From IMG/VR virus record IMGVR_UViG_3300022602_000025: a stretch of 64,000 bases of DNA; one strand, 5' to 3'. Origin of the DNA: a virus (taxonomy: Duplodnaviria > Caudoviricetes). The notes under the pieces are model-generated. The model was not told where the DNA came from, did not search any database, and saw nothing but the letters and a program-made list of their open reading frames with translations. Below are positions 16,145 through 25,850 of the stretch, piece after piece. Position 1 is the stretch's first letter. Each line of letters opens with the position of its first letter. The position numbers and the translations under genes are program-made.

Positions 16145-16924
16145 ATGACCGAAAGAATACTAATAATGGGTTTACCAGGTGCAGGTAAAACTACCCTAGC
16201 AAAAGCACTAGCAGAGAAAATAGACGCCGTACAGTTCAATGCAGATGATGTTCGTAAACATTACAACGATTGGGATTTCAGTTATGAAGGACGCATACGT
16301 CAAAGTAAACGTATGCGTGATCTAGCAGATGAAAGTGGTGATAGATTCGTAATCTGTGATTTTGTTGCGCCCTTAGTGGAAATGCGTAATAACTTTAAAG
16401 CTGATTGGACTATCTGGGTAGACACTATCCGTGAAAGCAGATACGCTGATACTAACGCTATGTTCCAAGAGCCCGAGTACTATGACTTCCGTATCACAGA
16501 ACAGGACGCTAACAAGTGGGCAGACTTTATAGCTGATCATATCCTAGACCGCCGCCGTCGCCCTACATTTGATTGGCGGAAGGAAACTGTACAGATGCTG
16601 GGCCGTTGGCAACCTTGGCATGATGGACATCGTGCTCTATTTGAACGTGCTATCGCTAAAACAGGGCAGGTAGTAATACAGATACGTGACTGCCAAGGAT
16701 GGCAAGGATCAAATCCTTTTGAAATTGAAAAAGTTAAGAGTTTTATCCGCCGTGATCTGGATCCCCTATATCAAGGACAGTATCTAATACAGGTTGTACC
16801 AAATATAGTAAACATTACCTACGGACGTGATGTAGGATATCGTATTGAACAAGAATCATTTGATGAAGCTGTAACCCAAATCAGTGCTACTAAGATAAGA
16901 CGTAGCATGGGCATTGACAAATAA
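16145..16924 (+). CDS. adenylylsulfate (APS) kinase-like domain fused to an HxGH nucleotidyltransferase-like domain
   Basis: GLPGAGKTT, FNADDVR, DFSYEGRIRQ, DFVAP; second domain LGRWQPWHDGH. Confidence 0.8.
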   Translation: MTERILIMGLPGAGKTTLAKALAEKIDAVQFNADDVRKHYNDWDFSYEGRIRQSKRMRDLADESGDRFVICDFVAPLVEMRNNFKADWTIWVDTIRESRYADTNAMFQEPEYYDFRITEQDANKWADFIADHILDRRRRPTFDWRKETVQMLGRWQPWHDGHRALFERAIAKTGQVVIQIRDCQGWQGSNPFEIEKVKSFIRRDLDPLYQGQYLIQVVPNIVNITYGRDVGYRIEQESFDEAVTQISATKIRRSMGIDK

Positions 16925-16942
16925 GTTAAATGCGTATATAAT
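16914..16942 (+). promoter_or_regulatory. sigma70 promoter TTGACA-N17-TATAAT
   Basis: perfect consensus overlapping the upstream gene end (IDK*). Confidence 0.8.
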
Positions 16943-17010
16943 GTATTAAACGGGCCATTTTGAGCCTATTTTAGTCCTGTATATGGTCATTTGAAGTAAT
17001 TATATACACG

Positions 17011-17040
17011 GCCACTACATTTGTTAGTGGCTTTTTGTTT
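17011..17040 (+). terminator. intrinsic terminator inside the leader of the SleB-like gene
   Basis: GCCACTA-N7-TAGTGGC followed by TTTTTGTTT. Confidence 0.65.
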
Positions 17041-17084
17041 TAAACACACACAGAGAGGAATTAACAACAAAGGAGGACAACGAT

Positions 17085-17783
17085 ATGTCTATAATACGCA
17101 AAGCAGTTTGTGCGCTAGTAGTATTATCGGTTCTGGCTTTCCAAAGTGTCAGTCATGCCGAGACCCCGCAAGTGACAGAAGAGGGTCAACCCAATCTAGC
17201 TGGGTATGTAGTAGCAGATGCTAGAGATAGGATTGGATCGTTCGTAACTGCGATTTCAACTCCCGTAGTCAATATGAAAGAGTTACAATGCCTAGCCCGT
17301 AACATATTCTTCGAAGCGGCCAATGAGCCGGAAGAGGGTAAGGTAGCAGTAGGCCTAGTTACACTGAACCGTGTCCAAGATGGACGTTTCGGTCGTTCAG
17401 TATGTAACGTGGTCGACCAAAAGACGATCTTTAATGTTCCCAAACATATTGTCGTGGAAAAGCGTCAGTTTTTCCGTACAGTTGAGGAAACTCAAACTGT
17501 CTACGTCAATCGTGCTGTGTGTCAATTCTCATGGCGCTGTGTGTTTGTCAAGACTCCAAAAGGAGAAGACGAACGTTGGGTAGAAAGTCAACAAATTGCT
17601 CGAGAGTTATTGTCTAGTGACGATACTTACAGTGATTGGCGCAACAAGTATGACGGTGCATTGTACTTTCATGCTACGAATGTCAGACCGCCCTGGGCTC
17701 ATCAAAAGACAGCCATTGGACGTGTCGGAGGACATTGGTTTTATCAAGACAAAGAAGCAACACAACGAGTTGTCTATAGATAA
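17085..17783 (+). CDS. cell wall hydrolase, SleB/Hydrolase_2 family, with signal peptide
   Basis: CLARNIFFEA, AVGLVTLNRV, CQFSW, ALYFHA, VGGHWFY; strong SD AGGAGG. Confidence 0.9.
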   Translation: MSIIRKAVCALVVLSVLAFQSVSHAETPQVTEEGQPNLAGYVVADARDRIGSFVTAISTPVVNMKELQCLARNIFFEAANEPEEGKVAVGLVTLNRVQDGRFGRSVCNVVDQKTIFNVPKHIVVEKRQFFRTVEETQTVYVNRAVCQFSWRCVFVKTPKGEDERWVESQQIARELLSSDDTYSDWRNKYDGALYFHATNVRPPWAHQKTAIGRVGGHWFYQDKEATQRVVYR

Positions 17784-17791
17784 ATATTGTT

Positions 17792-18007
17792 ATGAGAGCC
17801 CATGAATTTATAACAGAAAAAACCAGCGCAGCACTTTGCCATTCAGGTCGCCGTCTAGGACGTAGCGATTATGCTAGTTGTGTGAGCCAAGGGCTCCGAG
17901 CTCACACTTCTAAAGGCAAAGGTCATACAGATGGCAAAGGCCACTACTTAAAAGGCAAGAAGAAAAAGTCTACTAAGTACGGTGGCGATGTTCCAGATTA
18001 CAGCTAA
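17792..18007 (+). CDS. small basic protein with capsid-targeting-like N-terminus
   Basis: MRAHEFITE followed by a K/G/H-rich tail; TAAATA-N5-ATG. Confidence 0.65.
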   Translation: MRAHEFITEKTSAALCHSGRRLGRSDYASCVSQGLRAHTSKGKGHTDGKGHYLKGKKKKSTKYGGDVPDYS

Positions 18008-18034
18008 TCAACAGGTGCGTATTTTAAATACGCT

Positions 18035-19327
18035 ATGTTCGATAAACTACCCTGGCTAACCACAGCCAAACCAATAACATTTCAAACAACAGCAACTAAT
18101 AGAGAACAAAGTCTCTGTGTAGTCCCATGGATACATCTTAACATCGAACCTGATGGTAGAATGACTCCTTGCTGTCTTACCAGTACTAAGGTTAAGAATC
18201 TAGGCAACATCAACGAAACCTCTATAGAAGAAGTGTGGAACAGTGAAGTTCTACGTACAATGCGTACACAAATGTTAAACGGAAAGCGTCCAGAAATTTG
18301 TAGCCGTTGTTGGAAGCAAGAAGAAGTCACCGGAGAAAGCAGCAGGATCCATCGCAATAGAGAATTTGGGCATGTTGTTGAACGTATTCCAGATATGACT
18401 GAGCCTGATGGTACAGTCAAAGACATGAAGTTGTTGTATTGGGACTTCCGCTTTAGCAATATATGTAACCTTAAATGTCGTTCATGTGGCCCGCAATATA
18501 GTAGTGCATGGAAACCAGATGCTGAAGCATTGGGTTGGATCAAACCTAATGAGATAGGTAAAGTTATTCAAGTAGACTCTGTAAGTGATAAAACTAACTT
18601 TGACTTTATAGTGGAACAATCGAAGTATGTTGAACGCATTTACTTTGCTGGAGGTGAGCCGTTGCTCATGGATGAGCATTGGCAAATACTAGACTTACTT
18701 GAACAACAGGATCGATTTGATGTTACAATTACATATAACACTAATTGTAGTAGCCTTACGCACAAAGGTAAGAATGTATTAGACTACTGGCGCAAGTGGA
18801 AGAAAGGACATATTGAAATATGGCCTAGCATTGATGAGATTGGACCACGTGCTGAACTTATTCGTAGTGGGTCCGATTGGAATAAGATTGAGCGTAATCT
18901 TATCGCAATGAGTGAATTAGATAACTTAATCGTTCGCCCTAATATTACAGTTGGTGCATTGAACGCACATCGTATTCCGGAGATTGTCGAGCATCTGACT
19001 AGTATTGGAGTTATTAACTCTAAGCAACACTATCACAATTGGTACATTAATCTTATTTTAGAACCTGATAACTTGCATGTTAGTATTTGGAATGAAACAT
19101 TTAGAATGCAAACTATTGATAAGTTAACAGCATGGGCCGCCGAATACGAAAAGAAGTATCGTACTATGCGTATCTTACCTAAGTTAAATCAAATTATACA
19201 TGAGCTTCGCCAACCTACTAATCAAGGTGCTAAGAATCGCTTTTTGCAACTGACTAAACAAATGGATGTGCTACGCCAAGAAGATACGTATGCTACAATT
19301 CCAGAATTAGTTGAAGCACTTAAATGA
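18035..19327 (+). CDS. radical SAM protein with N-terminal SPASM/twitch-like domain
   Basis: CVVPWIHL...PCC, CSRC, CNLKCRSC, YFAGGEP, YNTN. Confidence 0.92.
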   Translation: MFDKLPWLTTAKPITFQTTATNREQSLCVVPWIHLNIEPDGRMTPCCLTSTKVKNLGNINETSIEEVWNSEVLRTMRTQMLNGKRPEICSRCWKQEEVTGESSRIHRNREFGHVVERIPDMTEPDGTVKDMKLLYWDFRFSNICNLKCRSCGPQYSSAWKPDAEALGWIKPNEIGKVIQVDSVSDKTNFDFIVEQSKYVERIYFAGGEPLLMDEHWQILDLLEQQDRFDVTITYNTNCSSLTHKGKNVLDYWRKWKKGHIEIWPSIDEIGPRAELIRSGSDWNKIERNLIAMSELDNLIVRPNITVGALNAHRIPEIVEHLTSIGVINSKQHYHNWYINLILEPDNLHVSIWNETFRMQTIDKLTAWAAEYEKKYRTMRILPKLNQIIHELRQPTNQGAKNRFLQLTKQMDVLRQEDTYATIPELVEALK

Positions 19328-20250
19328 AACAACTGATAGAGATTAAACAACTTGAACCTGTGTTATATTTAACATGGATTATCAATAATATTTGTACAAA
19401 CAAATGTAGCTATTGTCCGCCTATAACACATAATGGAACTAATCATCATTACGAATGGAGTCATGCCGAACAATTTATTAAATTACTGTTAACCAAGTAC
19501 CCTCGTATAAATGTAGCGATAAGCGGTGGCGAGCCCACAGTAAGCCCCTGGTTCCGTGATTTAGTTAAACTGTTCTTTGATAACGGACATGCTGTTGGAA
19601 TGACCACTAATGGTGCAAGAAGTGTTAGATACTTTGATGACATAGCACAGTATATGAGTTACATTGTATTCAGCTATCATCCTAGCTTTGAAGATCCAAC
19701 ACTAATAGACAAAGCTCTAGTTTCTGCAAAGCACACACCTACTTGCATATCAGTTATGATGGACAGTAGACACTTTGATAAAAGTGTCGAAATGTATCAC
19801 AAATTATGTGAATACGAACAGTTAACAGTTGAGCCTGTGCGTATTACTCCTTGGATTAAAAGTACAGTAGGTTGTGATTATACAGAAGAACAAATCAAAA
19901 TACTAACTTCGTTGCAATCAAAAAAAGCTACAAAAGGAGTTAGTCCAAAGATTAAAAGTCGCATAGGTGGAACATTCTACTATGAAGACGGAACAGTAGA
20001 TGAGCGAGGAGATGCTCAAGATATTATTAATAAGAAATTAACTAATTTTCAAGGATGGCAATGTAACATAGGACTTGAAAGTTTATTTGTTTATTTTAAT
20101 GGTATTATTAGAACAGGAAATTGTAATAGTAGTTTAAGAATCGGTAGCTTACTCGATATAGACAATATACAATGGCCTAGTGAAGCTGTAACATGCCCTC
20201 AGACATTTTGTCATTGTACTACGGATGTATATGTATCAAAAAGAAAATAA
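19324..20250 (+). CDS. radical SAM protein with C-terminal Cys-rich domain
   Basis: CTNKCSYC, SGGEP, TTNG, GWQCNIG...C...CHCTTD. Confidence 0.92.
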   Translation: MKQLIEIKQLEPVLYLTWIINNICTNKCSYCPPITHNGTNHHYEWSHAEQFIKLLLTKYPRINVAISGGEPTVSPWFRDLVKLFFDNGHAVGMTTNGARSVRYFDDIAQYMSYIVFSYHPSFEDPTLIDKALVSAKHTPTCISVMMDSRHFDKSVEMYHKLCEYEQLTVEPVRITPWIKSTVGCDYTEEQIKILTSLQSKKATKGVSPKIKSRIGGTFYYEDGTVDERGDAQDIINKKLTNFQGWQCNIGLESLFVYFNGIIRTGNCNSSLRIGSLLDIDNIQWPSEAVTCPQTFCHCTTDVYVSKRK

Positions 20251-21214
20251 TATACCTTGGCAATCAATAACACACTTTGGACAGCAGACTATGCTGGACC
20301 AAGACTTGTTTAACGTAAGTTGGATATTAGGACGCTTTTGTAATTACAAGTGTAGCTATTGCTGGCCGTATGCACGAAGTGATGTATTAGATCATCAGCC
20401 CTTATCTGTGTATATGAATACAGTAGATGAGATTAAACGACAAGCAAGAGAAAATGGATTTACTCGTTTTCATTGGAGCTTCAGTGGCGGTGAACCTACT
20501 GCCTACAAACACTTTCTCGAACTAATTAAACATTTGGATGATGGCCCTAAAGGTAGTGCATACCAAAGTATACATATGACTACTAATCTTAGTCCAGGAA
20601 GCAAGTGGTGGAAGAGTTGGTGTGATGCAACAGCTATGTTACAACGCCGTAGTATCACAGCCAGCTATCACGATGAGTTTGCTAAAGAGCAGGAGTTTGG
20701 GGACAAGTGTTTACAGTTGATGTACGAAACTGTTCATGTAACAGTTAACCAAGTAATGGTTCCTGAGAAGTTTGATGAGCTGTACGAACGATGCTTACGT
20801 TTACGCAAGCGTGGTATCAACGTAACACTAAAGCCGCAGAGCAATGAAACAGCCAGTGCTATTGTTAGTGGATATACAGAAGAGCAAATAAAGATAATGC
20901 AAAATGATTTCCAACAAGAATCATTAGGTGTGCCTGTGTACCAAATTAGATTAACAGATGGTAAAGACAATTACTATATAGATCAAGCAGAACGATTTAA
21001 TGCTTTTGGTTTTAATCAGTTTAAGGATTGGACTTGCAATAGCGGGTACCAAAGTGTTATAATACGTAGTAATGAAGTCAAGCGTGGCTACAGTTGCCAC
21101 GATGATATCCTAGGCACACTAACAGATGGATTTGATTTATTCAAACAACCACAGAAGTGTATTACTCCTAGCTGTGTTAGCTCGGCAGACTCAAAGATAC
21201 CTAAATGCAAATAG
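20225..21214 (+). CDS. radical SAM protein with C-terminal Cys-rich domain
   Basis: CNYKCSYC, FSGGEP, TTNLS, WTCNSG...SC...CVSSAD. Confidence 0.92.
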   Translation: MYMYQKENNIPWQSITHFGQQTMLDQDLFNVSWILGRFCNYKCSYCWPYARSDVLDHQPLSVYMNTVDEIKRQARENGFTRFHWSFSGGEPTAYKHFLELIKHLDDGPKGSAYQSIHMTTNLSPGSKWWKSWCDATAMLQRRSITASYHDEFAKEQEFGDKCLQLMYETVHVTVNQVMVPEKFDELYERCLRLRKRGINVTLKPQSNETASAIVSGYTEEQIKIMQNDFQQESLGVPVYQIRLTDGKDNYYIDQAERFNAFGFNQFKDWTCNSGYQSVIIRSNEVKRGYSCHDDILGTLTDGFDLFKQPQKCITPSCVSSADSKIPKCK

Positions 21215-21795
21215 ATACTGATCACTTACATTATTGGATGTGTGCTATCCGTGAAAGCAAAGATCCTATGCGGACTCTTGATGCGTTCTGGAGTGGGCAG
21301 ATACAAAGTAAAGAGTGGTTAATCAGAGAACTTCGTAAGCACGTTAAGAAAGTTGTTAGCATAGATATATACGGCGGATGGGTAGGAGTTCTTGCCAGCA
21401 TGTTATTCCAATCAGATATCTACTGTGGTAAAATACGCAGTATCGATATAGATCCAGAATGTGAATCTGTTGCTAACATGATGAACAAAGCAGAAGAAAT
21501 GGTAGGCAAGTTCCGTGCTATTACAGCAGACATGTGTACCATACGAAGTGATGCAGATGTTGTAATCAATACCAGCTGTGAACATATTACACAAGATCAG
21601 TATGACTTATGGTTAAGCGGAATGCCTCACAACAGTCTGTTGGTACTACAGAGTAATAACTACAATATAGCAGAGCATATTAGGATCGCTAATAGCCTAG
21701 ATGAATTTAAACAACAATGTCATATTAATACGTTGTGGGCAGGTGAGCTACAGTTACCTAACTACACTAGATATATGATAATAGGACGACAATGA
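21205..21795 (+). CDS. class I SAM-dependent methyltransferase-like protein
   Basis: DIYGGWVG (motif I-like), SIDID, ADM, VINTSCEH. Confidence 0.7.
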   Translation: MQIDTDHLHYWMCAIRESKDPMRTLDAFWSGQIQSKEWLIRELRKHVKKVVSIDIYGGWVGVLASMLFQSDIYCGKIRSIDIDPECESVANMMNKAEEMVGKFRAITADMCTIRSDADVVINTSCEHITQDQYDLWLSGMPHNSLLVLQSNNYNIAEHIRIANSLDEFKQQCHINTLWAGELQLPNYTRYMIIGRQ

Positions 21796-22715
21796 AAATA
21801 TTAATGACAGGAAGCTCGGGCTTCATAGGATCGCATTTAGGTCCGTTAATTGAACAAGAACACGAAGTACATCATTTGGTTAGCGACTTAACTGATCACA
21901 AGTCTGTGACTCAAGAAGTTTTAGCATTTGCTCCGGACATCATAGTACATTTGGCTGCACGTACAGAAGTTGAAAAAAGCTTCTATGAACAATTAACTTT
22001 TAGTGAAGTAAACTATGTAGGATCTGTTAACCTAATTGAAACGGCTGCACGTATTCCTAACTTTAAAAACTTTGTGTTTGCTAGCACGATGGAAGTATAC
22101 GGTTGGCAACCAATCAGTGATGAAGTAGAACAAAACGGAATACCAAATGAGTTTGTAGCGTTTGATGAAAACACAGTTCCTTATCCTAATGCTCCTTACT
22201 CTGTTGCTAAGTTTGGTGTAGAGAAATACTTAGAATACATGCACCGTACCTGCGACTTTCCATTTGCCGCTATTAGACAAACTAATTCGTATGGACGTAA
22301 AGACAATGAGTTCTTTGTAACAGAACAGATCATCTGGCAGATGCTGACTAACTCTCGTGAGATACGTTTAGGATATGCAGAACCATATCGTAACTTTATC
22401 TACATTGATGACCTGCTTGATGCGTGGATGGCTGTGATTAGTAATCCAGACAAAGTGCAAGGTAAGATATTCACGATAGGTCCTAACAATCCAATTAAGA
22501 TACGCGACTATGCTAACCTTATCGCTCGTAAGCTAGGATGGGATGGAGAGATCCGTTGGGATATGAAACCTAAGCGTCAAGGGGAGATATATTGGCTAAA
22601 CAGCAATCACAATCTAATTACACAAACATTAGGTTGGGAACCAAAAGTATCATTAAGCGATGGCTTAGATAGAACTATAGAAATTTGGAAACAAAAACTG
22701 AATGTACAAGTATAA
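21792..22715 (+). CDS. NAD-dependent epimerase/dehydratase (extended SDR, NDP-sugar)
   Basis: MTGSSGFIG, HLAA, YSVAK, NSYG, RNFIYIDD. Confidence 0.92.
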   Translation: MKILMTGSSGFIGSHLGPLIEQEHEVHHLVSDLTDHKSVTQEVLAFAPDIIVHLAARTEVEKSFYEQLTFSEVNYVGSVNLIETAARIPNFKNFVFASTMEVYGWQPISDEVEQNGIPNEFVAFDENTVPYPNAPYSVAKFGVEKYLEYMHRTCDFPFAAIRQTNSYGRKDNEFFVTEQIIWQMLTNSREIRLGYAEPYRNFIYIDDLLDAWMAVISNPDKVQGKIFTIGPNNPIKIRDYANLIARKLGWDGEIRWDMKPKRQGEIYWLNSNHNLITQTLGWEPKVSLSDGLDRTIEIWKQKLNVQV

Positions 22716-23793
22716 CGAACTACAACAAGTACACTTAGAGATATCTTCTCTATGTCAAGCCAGTTGCCCTATGTGTGCAAGGAATAACCACGGCGGGTTA
22801 CCCAATCCTAACTTACCAGAAAAGAATCTCAGTCTAGACTTTTATAAAAAGATACTACCGCCTGAACTACTAAAGCAATTAGTATCTATATCTATGTGTG
22901 GTAACTTTGGCGATCCTATCATGAACAATGATTTGATTGACATGATTAGACATACAGCAGAACATAATCCAAACATTGATATTCATGTGCATACAAATGG
23001 TAGTGCTAGAACAAAGCAATGGTGGATTGATCTAGCACAAGCATTACCTAAGAATCATCTAGTGCTATTTGGTATTGACGGCTTAGAAGATACACACAGT
23101 TTGTATCGTGTTGGTACTAACTGGAAAAAGATTATAGAAAATGCAAAAGCATTTATAGGTGCAGGTGGTAAAGCTCGTTGGAACTTTATTACATTTAGAC
23201 ACAACGAACATCAGTTAGAAGCATGTCGTCAAATGAGTAAAGACTTAGGGTTTGACAGCTTCCAAGAAAAGCAAACAAGTCGCTTTATTGGTAATCCATA
23301 CTTTGAAGTATATGATAAACTAGGTAATGTTACACACAAGTTAGAACAGCCTAATGAACAGAAGTTAGTGTTTATTGATCGCAAAACTGTAGAGAACTAC
23401 AAAGAAGTATTTTCTAAAGCAACAGTTAAGTGTGAAGTAGAACAATGGCCTAGCGTATATGTAGATGCACAAGGACACTTATATCCTTGTTGTTTCTTAG
23501 GTAGTGTTCCTTATCAGTATTCAACTCCAGATAGACTAGTGTGGAACTTTATGCAAGAAAGCACAGGCGGTCTGTTAAAGAAACTAGAAGCCTTTGGTGG
23601 ACTAGACGGATTAGATCTTAACAAGCATGATATGAAAGATATCATTGATAGCGAAGTGTGGCAGACTATGTGGGATAAGAGTTTTGATAACAACGAAATC
23701 CTTATGTGTGCTAGAGTCTGTGGCAAGTTTCCAGAACCTGTGATCAGTCAGTGCAGAGATCAATTCTTAGACTTAGATACCTTTATGAGTTAA
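22702..23793 (+). CDS. radical SAM protein with C-terminal SPASM/twitch-like domain
   Basis: CQASCPMC, CGNFGDP, HTNGS, C...VYVDAQGHLYPCC, CARVCG. Confidence 0.9.
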   Translation: MYKYNELQQVHLEISSLCQASCPMCARNNHGGLPNPNLPEKNLSLDFYKKILPPELLKQLVSISMCGNFGDPIMNNDLIDMIRHTAEHNPNIDIHVHTNGSARTKQWWIDLAQALPKNHLVLFGIDGLEDTHSLYRVGTNWKKIIENAKAFIGAGGKARWNFITFRHNEHQLEACRQMSKDLGFDSFQEKQTSRFIGNPYFEVYDKLGNVTHKLEQPNEQKLVFIDRKTVENYKEVFSKATVKCEVEQWPSVYVDAQGHLYPCCFLGSVPYQYSTPDRLVWNFMQESTGGLLKKLEAFGGLDGLDLNKHDMKDIIDSEVWQTMWDKSFDNNEILMCARVCGKFPEPVISQCRDQFLDLDTFMS

Positions 23794-23794
23794 C

Positions 23795-24592
23795 ATGGAA
23801 TACGGCACAGTTAAATGGTACAACGATAGCAAAGCACAAGGAGTCATTAATGCGCTTGTCAGTGGCTATTCTGTGTATGTGTCTGCTGAGGATATAGTTG
23901 ATGCACAATATCTGTGCGAACATCAATTCGTATCTTTCTATACAGACACTGATAGCATGGGCACACGTATTGCTAGAAATGTAAAGATCATTCCTGTTAA
24001 AGAAACAGTACTATGCGAAGTACCTCGTATCAGTGTATTTGAAAATGTTATTCCTCCTGAATACTGTAAGTCTCTTGTGAACTATTACAATCAAGCAGGT
24101 ATGAATCCTAACTCGGGATATGTTAGCCGTGAGCAAGCAAGCGGACAAGTAACTGAACTAGTTGAGCAACGTGGAATCAGTAATGGCATGTTGCCCGTCC
24201 ATGTAAACTATCTTGCAGATCTAATACACAATACAATACGTTTGCCATATAGTCATATAGAAGCTATTGATATCTACAATTATGAAGTAGGGCAATACTT
24301 AGATCTACATCACGACTATCCTTATGATCCTACACTCATACCTTATTATAAGAACGGCGGAGATCGAGTAGGCACAGGCATCTTTTGGCTGAACACAGAC
24401 TACGAAGGTGGCGATACATACTTCCCACAACTAGATGTTAATGTAAAACCTACACTAGGCGGATTCCTATACTTTGAACAAGGATACGATGAAGCAACCA
24501 ATTGGAAAACAATACACGAAAGCACTTTGATTACTAAAGGAACTAAATGGATATCAGCTTGTTTCTTTGCTAATCAACCTAGAGTAAAATGA
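23795..24592 (+). CDS. cold-shock domain fused to prolyl-4-hydroxylase-type 2OG-Fe(II) oxygenase
   Basis: GTVKWYNDSKAQG...QFVSF...ARNV; YEVGQYLDLHHDY, GGDTYFP, HES..ITKGTKW. Confidence 0.85.
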   Translation: MEYGTVKWYNDSKAQGVINALVSGYSVYVSAEDIVDAQYLCEHQFVSFYTDTDSMGTRIARNVKIIPVKETVLCEVPRISVFENVIPPEYCKSLVNYYNQAGMNPNSGYVSREQASGQVTELVEQRGISNGMLPVHVNYLADLIHNTIRLPYSHIEAIDIYNYEVGQYLDLHHDYPYDPTLIPYYKNGGDRVGTGIFWLNTDYEGGDTYFPQLDVNVKPTLGGFLYFEQGYDEATNWKTIHESTLITKGTKWISACFFANQPRVK

Positions 24593-25278
24593 TATTAGAT
24601 AACTGGACACCTTTCTGGAAAATAGATAGCGAGGATCATACACGTTGTATGGCACAGCAAACCTACGAACCTTTAATCAATCCAGAACGTACAGTATTCT
24701 GTGCAAACTACGATTGGGCTAACAAATATCAACGACACGAAGATCCTGTTAGAGAAAAGTATACACAAGAAGTTGTTGATTGGTTTTGGGAAAATGAATT
24801 ATATCATATTCTTAAGTACCAAGACAAAGAGTATATGCCTAAGGTAATAGACGTTGATCACGATAAGCGTAGAATATTCTTTAGATGGCAAGGTGAGACC
24901 TGTAATGAAATTATATATTCTGGTCGTAACCTAGATGATTACTGTCCTACATGGCGAGAGCAAATTAAGCATATCTTTGTTGACCTGCATAACGAAGGAA
25001 CTTATAAATTAACAATGTATCCTCACTGTCATTACATAGAAGATGGACAGATTAAAGCGATTGATTGGTATGGATGTATTCCTGTAACTAATCCTTTAGT
25101 TGATGCAAAGTACATGGATGGCATAGTACATGAAACAGCTAAGTTCCGTTTAGCTGAAACAGGCGCACTAATAGATAACAAGTATAATCTAGAAACAATG
25201 TTTAAGCGTTCTATGAGCGAACATGTTACTTGGGGCAACCAATCTATGATGTATATCTATAACGAGATATTCAAATGA
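24589..25278 (+). CDS. protein-kinase-like fold protein (atypical)
   Basis: ENE..., MPKVIDVD, MYPHCHYIEDGQIKAIDW; paralog of 34457. Confidence 0.55.
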   Translation: MILDNWTPFWKIDSEDHTRCMAQQTYEPLINPERTVFCANYDWANKYQRHEDPVREKYTQEVVDWFWENELYHILKYQDKEYMPKVIDVDHDKRRIFFRWQGETCNEIIYSGRNLDDYCPTWREQIKHIFVDLHNEGTYKLTMYPHCHYIEDGQIKAIDWYGCIPVTNPLVDAKYMDGIVHETAKFRLAETGALIDNKYNLETMFKRSMSEHVTWGNQSMMYIYNEIFK

Positions 25279-25850
25279 AGTTTATAGCAAACACAGATAA
25301 TCTTATCAATTGGAATAACGTAATTGAGTTATGCCAATCAAGCACTACGGGTGATAAGAATACAGTTAGTTCTGTTGTAGATAGAAGCGAAGCAGAAGCT
25401 GTAGGCAATCGCGGATTATTAGATTCATATAGAAAAGTAATAGGCACATGGCAACAAGCAGGATACGACCTAAATCAGATAGAATGGTATGATTACTATC
25501 CTGGAGAACATTTTGATATCAGTGTACAAGATACGTTTGCTAAACTAATAGGTGCAGAACCGTTGCGTGTGTTTGTTAGTGAAGTATATCCAGGAGTTAC
25601 TATTCCTTATCATTGGGACGTAGAAGATAAAGAAGAAGAATGGTTAGCTGAGTACGGTATGCTATATCGATATGTATGTTGTATGGATGTACCTAAACCC
25701 GCTAGCGTACTAATGTTCGATACTGAAGCACTTACATTAAACACACAAGGCGATATCTACGAATGGAATCATTATAAAGATTTCCATAGTGCTGTTAACG
25801 GTAGCGACAGCCCACAATACTATTTTCATTTCTTAGGATATAAAAAATGA
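25275..25850 (+). CDS. 2OG-Fe(II) oxygenase (AspH-like cupin)
   Basis: VYPGVTIPYHWD...FHSAVN. Confidence 0.8.
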   Translation: MKFIANTDNLINWNNVIELCQSSTTGDKNTVSSVVDRSEAEAVGNRGLLDSYRKVIGTWQQAGYDLNQIEWYDYYPGEHFDISVQDTFAKLIGAEPLRVFVSEVYPGVTIPYHWDVEDKEEEWLAEYGMLYRYVCCMDVPKPASVLMFDTEALTLNTQGDIYEWNHYKDFHSAVNGSDSPQYYFHFLGYKK

